In this document: piece after piece, positions 10,071 to 19,489 of the stretch
Layout of the letters: each line of letters opens with the position of its first letter
Numbering within the stretch: the first letter of the stretch is position 1
Source: a virus
Reading direction: 5' to 3' (one strand)
Virus record (IMG/VR): IMGVR_UViG_3300033388_005265
Location: 32,001 to 96,000 of that record
Length of the DNA: 64,000 bases
Program-made: the position numbers and the translations under genes
Notes under the pieces: model-generated
Told to the model about the DNA's origin: nothing
The model's database searches: none
What the model saw: the letters and a program-made list of their open reading frames with translations, nothing else

Positions 10071-10389
10071 TCTGATCTCCTTCAATGTTATTTATATCTA
10101 AGATTTCAAAGTATTTATGTCCTATTACTATTTTTGTAAAGTTTTTTCCTAAAGGACTTTCAACTTTTGCCTCATTGATTAAGCACCATGTTCCTGGGAC
10201 CAGTTCTTCAACAAAATCTTTGCTTTCTTTTGGAACTATAAGTTCACATAAATATGAATGTTCTTTACATATTCTGTGATGAGGGTCAACAGATACTGCT
10301 TGGAACTCAATCCTAGACCAGTATTGACTGGTGTATCCTATTATTGCAGGAGTCGTTACCTTTATAATTCCATGACAAAATAAACTCAT
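10060..10389 (-). CDS. hypothetical protein, possible OB-fold
   Basis: Beta-rich; EELVPGTWCLINEAKV recalls the SSB 'L.kG..V.V.G.L' strand; weak. Confidence 0.4.
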   Translation of the reverse strand: MSLFCHGIIKVTTPAIIGYTSQYWSRIEFQAVSVDPHHRICKEHSYLCELIVPKESKDFVEELVPGTWCLINEAKVESPLGKNFTKIVIGHKYFEILDINNIEGDQNGG

Positions 10390-10391
10390 TC

Positions 10392-11006
10392 TTAATCCTT
10401 GGTCTCTATTTTACTACCACTTTTCTTAAGCCTTTCTTCTGCCTGAACAATGGCTTCTTCATCTTCACCAAATGATACAGTAGGCTTTGATTTTTCCTTA
10501 GCTGACTCTTTGTCACTGCTAAGCTTGATTGACATTACAAGTTCAGGTGGCATAATTACTATAACATTTGTAGTTGTAGAAAATGCTGCCAATCTTTCAA
10601 GATACTCATTCATATCCATTGCATTACAATCAAGAGTCCCTTTGTCTATCTCTACTCTTAAGAACTCTATGTCTGAACTGTTACAACGCAAGGCACAAGT
10701 ATCAAGTATAATACTCATGAGTCCTGGTCCTTTGTCTATGGCTACCCTATCAAGGATCCCATTGTTAAATGCCAGTGTTAGTTTCCCGTCTTCGTATCTT
10801 GCATATGCAGTGTTCTCATCAGTTGGCATCATATGCTTACCTCCACCATGGAACACTTCAAACATTTCTATCGACAGCTCTATGTTATCTATAGTTCTTT
10901 TTATTTCATTATAAACTCCGACTGGTAAATAGGATATCCTATTGGTTCTTCTGAGTTCATTAAGTATTGATTGTAACTCAAGTTTAATTAATGACATTAT
11001 CCCCAC
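10392..11006 (-). CDS. hypothetical protein
   Basis: 204 aa ORF tightly packed in the operon. Confidence 0.65.
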   Translation of the reverse strand: MGIMSLIKLELQSILNELRRTNRISYLPVGVYNEIKRTIDNIELSIEMFEVFHGGGKHMMPTDENTAYARYEDGKLTLAFNNGILDRVAIDKGPGLMSIILDTCALRCNSSDIEFLRVEIDKGTLDCNAMDMNEYLERLAAFSTTTNVIVIMPPELVMSIKLSSDKESAKEKSKPTVSFGEDEEAIVQAEERLKKSGSKIETKD

Positions 11007-11440
11007 CTCAATATCTTTGTTATTGCAGTCTCAAACAAGACTGTTAAAGCAAATACTTCGTCCATGCTCATTGCAACATTGATTCTTTTTACTGGAACCC
11101 TGTCCTTGACAACGCTGACATTCATATAGTATCCAGTAGCTGATCTTTTGAATGATATATTCTTACTGATCTTACCTTTATCATCTGTCCCGGCACCTGG
11201 ATCATGATATATTTTAATCTCTTCTGTCCCGTTGTTGAATCCACTTGCTATCTTAGTCAAGTCAGGAATGCCAAGCTTCACTGTGACCTTATCATCCCAT
11301 AAAAAGCCATCACCTTTAGGTGTATCCGATAGCTCAAGGAATACTCCTGGCCTATCTATGTCAGCCGCAAGCTTAAACTGTGCCGCCGCCTTTCCTTTTC
11401 TATATATATCAAAACTCTTAGGGTATTTCTTATCTGACAT
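10997..11440 (-). CDS. Whirly-family ssDNA-binding protein
   Basis: Collinear with plant Whirly as recalled: IYRKGKAA, FLW..K, YHDP..G..D.G...K, GYYMNVSV, E...L...F......LRW. Confidence 0.85.
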   Translation of the reverse strand: MSDKKYPKSFDIYRKGKAAAQFKLAADIDRPGVFLELSDTPKGDGFLWDDKVTVKLGIPDLTKIASGFNNGTEEIKIYHDPGAGTDDKGKISKNISFKRSATGYYMNVSVVKDRVPVKRINVAMSMDEVFALTVLFETAITKILRWG

Positions 11441-12078
11441 TATTCCTCTCTCCTCACTCTCAATGAATTTCTTAATGCTGTTTTAGATATCACACTACGT
11501 TCTCTAGTAGCTGCTAAAGGCCATAGCTTATTAATCAAATCAACTATTATGTCTCTATTAAACTCTATAAATATGTCCTTTGTTTTATGCTCATAGACTG
11601 AGCCATCATACGGTGTCATTGTTACTGTTTCATTATTTTTACATCCAACTACCTCATGTCTTGTTAGATTGTTATGTATTATTACTAAGCCATTTGGAAT
11701 TAAGATATTATTTCTTGTAACAGTAGATAGCTTAGTTATCATTCCTGAATTACATGAAGCACCATATGATTTAAGTTCTATGTTATCTATTTCAAAGAAG
11801 CTTTCTACATCTATGAACATCGCTTTATCAGGATCTTTAAATATATTAAAGTTTTTATTGTCACGTATTAATCGTAGCATATTTATAAATGCTCCTGTAT
11901 TAGCAGGCACATTAGAATGGTTATGATCATTAATACTTATGAATTGATATACCATGACTGATCCTAGTGACTTATTATTTGTCACTACTACTGCATAGCC
12001 GGCTTCATCGTTACCTAGTAGGCCATTACATAAAACTATATCTCCGCACTCATAATCGTCACTCATTTTTACTTGCAT
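11440..12078 (-). CDS. hypothetical protein
   Basis: 212 aa ORF, translationally coupled. Confidence 0.6.
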   Translation of the reverse strand: MQVKMSDDYECGDIVLCNGLLGNDEAGYAVVVTNNKSLGSVMVYQFISINDHNHSNVPANTGAFINMLRLIRDNKNFNIFKDPDKAMFIDVESFFEIDNIELKSYGASCNSGMITKLSTVTRNNILIPNGLVIIHNNLTRHEVVGCKNNETVTMTPYDGSVYEHKTKDIFIEFNRDIIVDLINKLWPLAATRERSVISKTALRNSLRVRREE

Positions 12079-12289
12079 TCCTTTTTATTAATCCACCTTT
12101 AACAAACTCTTCAAACTGCTTATTATTTATTGGTGTCTTGGTTGAATTTGCTTTGATATATTTTTTTATCTTATCGAAATTTTTATGAGTTACGTAGTAT
12201 TCTGCTTCTGCATACCATGCTTTAGATACTATGTCTATTTCTTTTCCACTCGTCAATTCTATCTTGATCAGATCTGGATTCTTTTTCAT
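12059..12289 (-). CDS. hypothetical protein
   Basis: TATAAT 5 nt upstream of ATG (possibly leaderless). Confidence 0.55.
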   Translation of the reverse strand: MKKNPDLIKIELTSGKEIDIVSKAWYAEAEYYVTHKNFDKIKKYIKANSTKTPINNKQFEEFVKGGLIKRNASKNE

Positions 12290-12318
12290 ATTGTATTATA
12301 ATTTTAAATTAACAGCAT

Positions 12319-12350
12319 AAAAAAAGCCAGACACACGAGGCATCTGGCTT
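12319..12350 (-). terminator. Rho-independent terminator
   Basis: AAGCCAGA/TCTGGCTT stem followed by a T-tract on the minus strand. Confidence 0.85.
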
Positions 12351-12387
12351 TAGTCTGTATAGGCTTACGCCGGTTACAGGATGTTAC

Positions 12388-12714
12388 TTAAAATGGAGCA
12401 TCGTCATCGAGATCCTCATAGGCCTTAGTAACAATCTCACTGATCTTGTTACCAATCTCTTTGTCAATCTTACCATCGTCACCAACAGGTTTTACCATGT
12501 CAAACCATGGAATCTTCCCATCGTCTCCTGCTTCTTTGCCTTGCTTACGAGGCCAAGACACGAAGTATGAGTCTTGATATGCAACGAGTGCAATATCCAC
12601 ACTGATAACTCCACCCAGGATAAGCTGCCCTACAGCAACTTTAGGCTCCCAGTCAACCTTCTTCAGCTTAACATCCGTGATAAGCTTGCTTACATCTACT
12701 TTCTTGTCTGCCAT
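12388..12714 (-). CDS. spoVG: SpoVG-like nucleic-acid-binding protein with acidic DDDAPF tail
   Basis: ITDVKLKKV, FVSWPRK, I...V..AY match SpoVG (VTDVRLRRV, FVAMPSK, I.DAVL.EY). Confidence 0.75.
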   Translation of the reverse strand: MADKKVDVSKLITDVKLKKVDWEPKVAVGQLILGGVISVDIALVAYQDSYFVSWPRKQGKEAGDDGKIPWFDMVKPVGDDGKIDKEIGNKISEIVTKAYEDLDDDAPF

Positions 12715-12737
12715 TCTCTCTCATCTCCTCTCTTTGT

Positions 12738-13412
12738 TTATTGTTTTAGTTTTGCAGTTAAATTTTGTACATATATTTCCTCTTTAATGTAGTTAATACG
12801 CTGCTTATTTCTCTCGACTTTAACCCAGTAGTCTGAATAATTTGCTAAGCCACTACCTTTAATAATTTTATCAACATTCTCGTGACCCATATTGTATGCA
12901 GTTACTGTTGCTTGCCAGTCCCCATCATATCTTTCATGAAGTCTATTGATTTCTGCCATCCCAAGATGTATGTTGTCCCACAATCCCATAAGATTCTTTG
13001 CAGCTTTAATTCCATTATACTTCTTGGCATTCTCTGCTGTAGGCTCAAGTATCTGCATCAAACTATATGCAGGTCCATCTTTATAGTTAAGATCTCCAAG
13101 AGCATTTGGATTAAAATGACTTTCAACACCCATAATGCTTATGGTTATCTCTGTGCCATTCTCTAATACAGAGCCTTCTCCAAAATATCTTGGAGCAAAA
13201 TGCTTTACTGCTGCTATTATTTCTCTAGCAGTCTTCTTATTTAGGCGCGGGTTCTTTTCATCTATAAATCTTAAGTATGCCTGATTACAATTAGTCTGTG
13301 CACAGTTTACTCTAGAATCTAATACTGATCCACCAGGATCACCCGTACTATTACTTACGCTACCAGCCAAAATGGCTATCACTATACATAGTGCTATTGT
13401 AAATGACTTCAA
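12738..13412 (-). CDS. lytic transglycosylase (SLT domain) with N-terminal signal/anchor
   Basis: GVES.FNPNA, SLMQI, NI.LG, AYNMG motifs. Confidence 0.9.
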   Translation of the reverse strand: MKSFTIALCIVIAILAGSVSNSTGDPGGSVLDSRVNCAQTNCNQAYLRFIDEKNPRLNKKTAREIIAAVKHFAPRYFGEGSVLENGTEITISIMGVESHFNPNALGDLNYKDGPAYSLMQILEPTAENAKKYNGIKAAKNLMGLWDNIHLGMAEINRLHERYDGDWQATVTAYNMGHENVDKIIKGSGLANYSDYWVKVERNKQRINYIKEEIYVQNLTAKLKQ

Positions 13413-13430
13413 ATTTGTTCCTCCGTGCTA

Positions 13431-13931
13431 TTATGTTAGAGGAAATCCAGTGTACCCTCTGTTCTTGAGGTCTGTTTTTAATGTATCCTCATGAAATTTA
13501 GCAACAGCATCGAAGAGCTTTCTCTTCTCTGCATAATTACTAAAGTCTATTTTCTGTAGTCTTTTAAACTTATCTTTAGTCATAGGCATTACATTCTCTA
13601 CCCAGGCAAGAAAGTCTTCTTGAGCTACGTTTTCAAGCTTAGTCTGTTTGCCCTTGATGTTCAATTGTATTTCCGGATCCTCATCTTCTTCAGCAAATGG
13701 AACCGTAGCTACTTTTGGTTTACATGAACAGTCAGGACAATCACATTTCTTTTTATCCTCCTTTTTTTCTTCAGTCTTAGTTTCCTTGGGAGCTGCTTCT
13801 TTGGCTTCTTTTTTAACTACTTTGCCAGCAACATCTCCCATGTTAAGACTTAATGATGCCTTCTTTTTCTTCTTAACTTCAGGCTTCTTTGTCTCGCCTT
13901 CTGTCTTGTCGTCCTTCTTTTCGTCAGCCAT
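13431..13931 (-). CDS. hypothetical protein with charged low-complexity N-terminus
   Basis: SD aggaga; CDCPDCSC cluster. Confidence 0.6.
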   Translation of the reverse strand: MADEKKDDKTEGETKKPEVKKKKKASLSLNMGDVAGKVVKKEAKEAAPKETKTEEKKEDKKKCDCPDCSCKPKVATVPFAEEDEDPEIQLNIKGKQTKLENVAQEDFLAWVENVMPMTKDKFKRLQKIDFSNYAEKRKLFDAVAKFHEDTLKTDLKNRGYTGFPLT

Positions 13932-13938
13932 AGTTCTC

Positions 13939-15450
13939 CTATTTCTTCAGCTTACTTTTTCTTTCTACGATGTCAGCCTTGAGAGACCTGTGATGATTCC
14001 ATACTTCTTTCCATACGGTAAACTCATCAGTAAATTCTCCTGCATCTCTCTTCTTCATAAGAGTAGCTGACACTTTTAGAAATCTATCAAGAGTCTTATA
14101 TTTTATTGCCTTTTCATATTCAGCGTCTATAATATTAACAATCTCTTCCACCTGCTTTCTTTCTTTTGTCGTGTGGAATAGAGATCTTTCTACACCTATA
14201 AAAGCAAACACTTCGTCGAGACTCTTAAACTCTTTTTCTATAAGCCTACTAACAACTTTACTGGCATGCTTTTGAGTAAGACCTATTGTATCACAAAGGA
14301 CTTTAGAATGGAAGCACTTATTTATATCAATCCCATTCATCTTAAGTCTTGGAGCATACTTTCTTTTAAGTGAAGCATACTTAGACCATGTAAGTCTACT
14401 CTTTCTGGCTCTTGTAACCCCACTTTCACCGGTGTTAAAATCTCCAGCAAACAGCTCAGATCCAACCCTCATAATATCCTTATAGATACCAAGAACGTTA
14501 GCATCTCTAGCATCTCTAGAGTATGATAGTGCCCAGTCCTTTTCCATCTTAGACAGATAAGCATAGCTTTCATTCTTAGCATGCTTAATAGTACTGCCGT
14601 CAATGTCTTCTTCTTCCCAGCCTAACAAACTGTTACATTCTGCTGTAAACTGTACTTCTACACCATAGTCAGCATCTATCTCTTTCAGATGACCTGATAT
14701 ACAGTCTCTTATAGCCTCTTCAGCAGGATGCTCTGTTGAAATGAATGTACCTATGTCTATGAATGAATTAGCTATTGTTGTCGACATGATAGATCCATTG
14801 TCATGCATAGCTACTACAGTCTCTGTAAAATAATCAGACCAGTTTTCATACCAGTCATACTGAACAAAGTCATGATAGGCGCCAGCATTCTGATCAAATA
14901 TATGCCTTGTATGTACATAATTACTAAGCAATATACTTGCATTCGATCTTAGCATCATCAGGAGCATGTTAATCTTGCCTGATTCAGGATGATCTTCAGG
15001 AAATTCATCGTAGAATACCTGGTTGCTGTTACCGCAATGGATGAACTTTGGTCTTGGAGTTGACGGAATCTCATGTGGTTCTATGTTCTTCTCATAGTCT
15101 TCCACAGATATTGCAGTCATTATACCTGACTCATACATGTCTTCTGGATCAGGGTTCATACATACACCTTTAGCTTCAAGAAAAGCTTCGGCTCCTTCAG
15201 CATCCATATCTCTGAAGTCATGTATAACCTGATACATATTGTCTTCCATTCTCATGATGGTGCCATCTGCAAAGCTAAGCAGCTCATGATATATGGTTCT
15301 GTCTATAGCACGAAGAGAAGACTGATGATTCATCGTAGCATTACCGATCATAGAATGACCTTTATCTTCAGGTGTTGCACCCTCTTGTGTCTCTACAGTA
15401 AAGATTGCTGCATTAGGATTGGTGCCTGCAAAAATAGTATCTGGTGTCAT
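13939..15450 (-). CDS. hypothetical protein, possible C-terminal helix-hairpin-helix
   Basis: 503 aa; IGLTQKHASKVV...FKSLDEV resembles HhH; TATAAT promoter and SD upstream. Confidence 0.65.
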   Translation of the reverse strand: MTPDTIFAGTNPNAAIFTVETQEGATPEDKGHSMIGNATMNHQSSLRAIDRTIYHELLSFADGTIMRMEDNMYQVIHDFRDMDAEGAEAFLEAKGVCMNPDPEDMYESGIMTAISVEDYEKNIEPHEIPSTPRPKFIHCGNSNQVFYDEFPEDHPESGKINMLLMMLRSNASILLSNYVHTRHIFDQNAGAYHDFVQYDWYENWSDYFTETVVAMHDNGSIMSTTIANSFIDIGTFISTEHPAEEAIRDCISGHLKEIDADYGVEVQFTAECNSLLGWEEEDIDGSTIKHAKNESYAYLSKMEKDWALSYSRDARDANVLGIYKDIMRVGSELFAGDFNTGESGVTRARKSRLTWSKYASLKRKYAPRLKMNGIDINKCFHSKVLCDTIGLTQKHASKVVSRLIEKEFKSLDEVFAFIGVERSLFHTTKERKQVEEIVNIIDAEYEKAIKYKTLDRFLKVSATLMKKRDAGEFTDEFTVWKEVWNHHRSLKADIVERKSKLKK

Positions 15451-15488
15451 TCTTTTCTCCTGTATATTATATTTTTAAGAGAGAAAAA

Positions 15489-15866
15489 TTAAATCTTTAA
15501 GTGTATCCCAAGTTTGTTAGCTGATGTAACTTTTGTTGTTACTTTACGTGATTTAGATTTAATATCAGACTTTGCAGAAGCGTCCTTTGCTAGTGGCTTT
15601 CTATCTTTATGCACACACAACTCAATCATCAGGCACTCATCTTTTATGCATTTAGCGCCGGGATTTGTTCCCAATCCACACCTAAGAACATCTGCATCTT
15701 TATCCAGTGTTTCTAAGGCTTCAGTACCAAACCAAGCAGTCACAAGCGTAATCATATCACTGTCATCAAAGACATCAGGATTATCTTTTACTATAGATAA
15801 TGCCTCTTTGTAATTATGCTCACTCTTAGACTGCTGTTTCTTTTTCTTACGCTGCAAGTCCAGCAA
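15489..15866 (-). CDS. hypothetical protein
   Basis: ORF in operon; Cys cluster CG..C..C..C. Confidence 0.55.
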   Translation of the reverse strand: MLDLQRKKKKQQSKSEHNYKEALSIVKDNPDVFDDSDMITLVTAWFGTEALETLDKDADVLRCGLGTNPGAKCIKDECLMIELCVHKDRKPLAKDASAKSDIKSKSRKVTTKVTSANKLGIHLKI

Positions 15867-16104
15867 TTGTTACCTCTACTTCTTCTTTTGTGATAGCAGT
15901 TTCATAACCTTTGCCGGCTTCAATCATCATCTCTTTGACAAAGCCAAGTTTCTTTTCACCAACAATCTTATTGAATGTTCTTGCTGCTGCTCCTGCACCA
16001 TAACCTATACTGTATGCTACTGTAAGAAGTGATGCCTGGACTGCAACCTTGGCTGATGCCACTAAATTCTTAGTTGCTTCTTCAGTTATTTCAGCCTTCT
16101 TCAT
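15847..16104 (-). CDS. hypothetical protein
   Basis: Start moved to MKKAEI (SD aaggag). Confidence 0.55.
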   Translation of the reverse strand: MKKAEITEEATKNLVASAKVAVQASLLTVAYSIGYGAGAAARTFNKIVGEKKLGFVKEMMIEAGKGYETAITKEEVEVTIAGLAA

Positions 16105-16717
16105 CTTGTTGTTCTCCTTTAATGAATGTTCTAGCGAACAGCTCCATGATTTGCATGGTAACTTTAGCCATTTTTTCTCCATCAATTTTACCATCCTCAC
16201 CTTGATACTGGTTCATAATTGAATCATTATACTTCATTGTCTCTTTAGCAAGAGCAGTCTTTTCTTTGACACACTTAGTAGTGTAATGAAACGGAGCAAA
16301 AAACATTTTGATATAGAACGCAATTTTACCACCGTTATTAGCTCGTATTCTTAATGTAATATTCTTTTGTATCTTCTTATTACGTGCTACTCCTATGATT
16401 GCATCCTGCATCATAAACTGTGGAGCCCTCATATAAGGAATCTTTTTCTTTTGGATGTTCTCAAAGTAAATCCTTTGCATCTCGTTATAAACGAGACCTG
16501 AATATGGAATTCCCCAAGGAGCTGAGATTAAAATGCCTATGTTTCTGAGCGTTCCAATCATAGCATCTATAACAGACTTAACCGTACGCCATGCATGCTC
16601 AATCATAAACTTTAGAACACTAGGCTCATGCTCTTCGTATCCTGGTGCATCAGGGCATTCGTTATTGTCACATGTCTTACATTGTTCATCTGGACAGCCT
16701 TCTTTCTTGTCACTCAT
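16091..16717 (-). CDS. hypothetical protein
   Basis: SD aggag; N-terminal Cys cluster. Confidence 0.6.
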   Translation of the reverse strand: MSDKKEGCPDEQCKTCDNNECPDAPGYEEHEPSVLKFMIEHAWRTVKSVIDAMIGTLRNIGILISAPWGIPYSGLVYNEMQRIYFENIQKKKIPYMRAPQFMMQDAIIGVARNKKIQKNITLRIRANNGGKIAFYIKMFFAPFHYTTKCVKEKTALAKETMKYNDSIMNQYQGEDGKIDGEKMAKVTMQIMELFARTFIKGEQQDEEG

Positions 16718-17063
16718 GTAATACTCCTTTATTATATGGAATTTTTATTGAAACTATGCTTACCATGTTATTAAACAAACGTTCACATAAGATAAAACAT
16801 ATGGGTGTCGTAAGTATTTCATAGTAATCATAATTTTTATCAGGAGAAATATTAAGGTTGAATAGACATCTGAGAATAAATGTCATGTCTGCTTCGTGAG
16901 GATTAAACATCCCGCTGACCTGAAGACTTGAATGATACAAGTCATCTAGATCAACGGGCGCCATAGCTTCTTTTCCATTTGGAAGAAGGTAAAACAGCTT
17001 AGGAAAATTTTTTTTCAATTCGCTGTATATTAGATCGAAATTCTGTATTCTATCGAGTTGCAA
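16710..17063 (-). CDS. hypothetical protein
   Basis: Packed ORF. Confidence 0.5.
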   Translation of the reverse strand: MQLDRIQNFDLIYSELKKNFPKLFYLLPNGKEAMAPVDLDDLYHSSLQVSGMFNPHEADMTFILRCLFNLNISPDKNYDYYEILTTPICFILCERLFNNMVSIVSIKIPYNKGVLHE

Positions 17064-17312
17064 TTACCTGAAGCCACCGCTATTATGTATTAGACGAGCT
17101 AATCCAAGAATAGCAAATCCTGCTCCACCAAAACCAGCTACTGCTGTATCATAACTGATACCTATGCCTATAAGAAGTCCTCCTGCTGCAAAACTACCTA
17201 CAGCCGCAATATCAACCACTGTTTTTGCATCTATCTTAGCGATAGACTCTTCAACAGCAGATCCTATCTTCTTTTTAATCTGTGTTATTATACCTTCTTT
17301 TCCTTCAGACAT
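17064..17312 (-). CDS. small membrane protein
   Basis: Two Gly/Ala-rich hydrophobic helices. Confidence 0.6.
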   Translation of the reverse strand: MSEGKEGIITQIKKKIGSAVEESIAKIDAKTVVDIAAVGSFAAGGLLIGIGISYDTAVAGFGGAGFAILGLARLIHNSGGFR

Positions 17313-17481
17313 CTGTTTGCTCCTTAATTAGTTGTTTATCTTCTTGTCTTCTTTTCTTCTTCTTTACAGACTTTTTATCCCTGTCTAGGAGACCTCCCTT
17401 CATAGTAAACAAAGAGCCGTCTGCTACACATGGATTACGTGCTGTTATTTTTTTCTTCTTCTTTTTCTGTCTCTTTTTCAT
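17305..17481 (-). CDS. small basic protein (58 aa)
   Basis: Hand-translated MKKRQKKKKKITARNP...; fills the gap between packed genes. Confidence 0.45.
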   Translation of the reverse strand: MKKRQKKKKKKITARNPCVADGSLFTMKGGLLDRDKKSVKKKKRRQEDKQLIKEQTDV

Positions 17482-17482
17482 C

Positions 17483-17869
17483 TCATCTATGTAATTTCAT
17501 TCCTCTATGTGTTATGTCACCTGATACAGTTCTAATTGCGCCGCCTACTTGTCCACAAATAACATCTCCAGATACTGTCTTAACGTCACCATATACCTTA
17601 CCACACTCTATATCTCCTGACGTAGTATGTACACTTTTTACGTTTCCTTTTATGTTAACTGTATTGCAACAATCTACATCAAGGGTATCTACATCACCCT
17701 CAATAGATATGTTAATATTCTTTGAATCTGGAGTAACATCTTTGCCATTAATAGTAACCTTACCATTGCATATCTGTATGCTACTGCCTGCAACAAGGTC
17801 TCCACTAATTTTTACTCCATTTATGCTTATTCTATTCATAATCTTATTTAAGAATTTTCTTATTCTCAT
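17483..17869 (-). CDS. beta-solenoid repeat protein (DUF4097-like)
   Basis: Repeated V.T.SGD(I/V).C motifs. Confidence 0.7.
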   Translation of the reverse strand: MRIRKFLNKIMNRISINGVKISGDLVAGSSIQICNGKVTINGKDVTPDSKNINISIEGDVDTLDVDCCNTVNIKGNVKSVHTTSGDIECGKVYGDVKTVSGDVICGQVGGAIRTVSGDITHRGMKLHR

Positions 17870-17942
17870 GATATTAATAGCGTCCAGGGGCCAGAATTCA
17901 CTGACCCCCAGACTTGGGGTTGGGCGCTAGTCGCGCGTTGGG

Positions 17943-19169
17943 TTACTTGGTTGACAAGTCGAGTGACAGATCTTTCATGGCCTTTACGGTCAGAGTCTCC
18001 ATCATCGTCTGTGCTGCACTGTATTGTGCTGTTCCGCCTGTTCCACCACCGCCACCGTAGACGATTTGTGGAACCCAGTTACCTTTGTAGTCCCTGATTG
18101 CTTCGGCGTTGATCCTGGCAATTTCCTTCATGGTGTCCATTTTCATCTTCAGAGCACCGTCAGCCTTCATGATCAGCTTACGCTTTTCAGCTATACCTTG
18201 ACCAAGAAGAATGTCTTTGTCTTTGGTAAACCTTGCTGCTTCTTTATCAAGCTTTGCAACTTTCTTGTTCTTTTCAGCAAGAGCAATATCCGTTGCATTC
18301 AACGTTTCCTGTGCCCATTTTGCAGTGGCAGCATTTGCTTTACCTTCTTCAACGGCCTTGATTGCATTCTGCTCAGCTTCTTTAGCCTTTGCAATAGCAG
18401 TCTGAATATCCATGAAGATCTTACGCTGAGCTTCGATCTGACGCTCTACGTTTTTGTCGTACTTGATCTTTTTAACCTGAAGGTTGAAGATCTTAATACC
18501 AAACCTTTCAAGAGGACTTTCTTCAAGTCTAGCTCTCTGGTTAATGGCCTTTACGTCTATAAGAATCGTAGCTACTGTTACTGTTCTTTTTTCGCCGGAA
18601 AGAGGATCTATAATCTCTTCGTCACTTGTCTCTATCTTGTATACGCCGTTGTTTGTCTGGTCTGTAATATATTCTACAAGAACAGGACGCTTTTTCGCTG
18701 TAGATTCTTTTGAACTCATAGTAGGACCAGTCATATAAACTGCCCTTTGAATCGCCGGACGAATTAGTTGTGCCTCAAGCTGCTCCATTGTAGGAAACTC
18801 TGTACGTAAGAGCTTAAGTTCCTTTTCATTTGTAGACAGAGTATATGATGCATCTCCGAATATTACCGCAGCACCCTGGTCGTTAAACCTGATTGGCATA
18901 CCGTAAATCTTCGCATTTGGATCGTCCATTGCCATGCCTTTAGGCGCATTGAACTCAACAAAATCCCTTTTCTTATACGTGGCTATTTGGTCAAACCACC
19001 TTTGCTTGATACCGGCTGTTTGATGTACGGTAAGATCACCACTGATAACGCCCTGGAAAACCTTTACCTCATTTGAGTCGACATTTTCAACTGCCTGGTC
19101 CCAACCTATTCCGATTGCGGCAGCGAGTGCTACGCCAACTACTGCTGACAAAATCTGTTTAGTTGTCAT
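17943..19169 (-). CDS. SPFH/band-7 (prohibitin-like) membrane protein
   Basis: N-terminal TM, IRFND, ERFGIKI.NL, C-terminal coiled coil, VPQIVYGGG. Confidence 0.85.
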   Translation of the reverse strand: MTTKQILSAVVGVALAAAIGIGWDQAVENVDSNEVKVFQGVISGDLTVHQTAGIKQRWFDQIATYKKRDFVEFNAPKGMAMDDPNAKIYGMPIRFNDQGAAVIFGDASYTLSTNEKELKLLRTEFPTMEQLEAQLIRPAIQRAVYMTGPTMSSKESTAKKRPVLVEYITDQTNNGVYKIETSDEEIIDPLSGEKRTVTVATILIDVKAINQRARLEESPLERFGIKIFNLQVKKIKYDKNVERQIEAQRKIFMDIQTAIAKAKEAEQNAIKAVEEGKANAATAKWAQETLNATDIALAEKNKKVAKLDKEAARFTKDKDILLGQGIAEKRKLIMKADGALKMKMDTMKEIARINAEAIRDYKGNWVPQIVYGGGGGTGGTAQYSAAQTMMETLTVKAMKDLSLDLSTK

Positions 19170-19489
19170 TATTTATCCATCTCCTTTTCTTCATTAATTT
19201 TACTTACCTGTTTTATGATCTTCTTGCCCTGCTTTATTGTACTGGACGCAGTCTCTGCGAACTTTAAAGCCTTTTCTTCTGCCACTCCTATGTCACCAAC
19301 CGCTTCCTCCATTTGCGTGATTGATTCATTAAGGTTTTCTTTTGCATCACTAAATTTTTGTATTTGATCGGCATCTTTTTTGTCAAGCTTAGCAGGTTCA
19401 GCCTGAGAAAATGCCGGAATCAACACCTTTTTTACTACAAGTATGACAATTCCCATACTCACTATAAACATTATCAATTTTATTATCAA
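19169..19489 (-). CDS. membrane-anchored coiled-coil protein
   Basis: N-terminal TM; coupled to the SPFH gene. Confidence 0.65.
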   Translation of the reverse strand: MIIKLIMFIVSMGIVILVVKKVLIPAFSQAEPAKLDKKDADQIQKFSDAKENLNESITQMEEAVGDIGVAEEKALKFAETASSTIKQGKKIIKQVSKINEEKEMDK

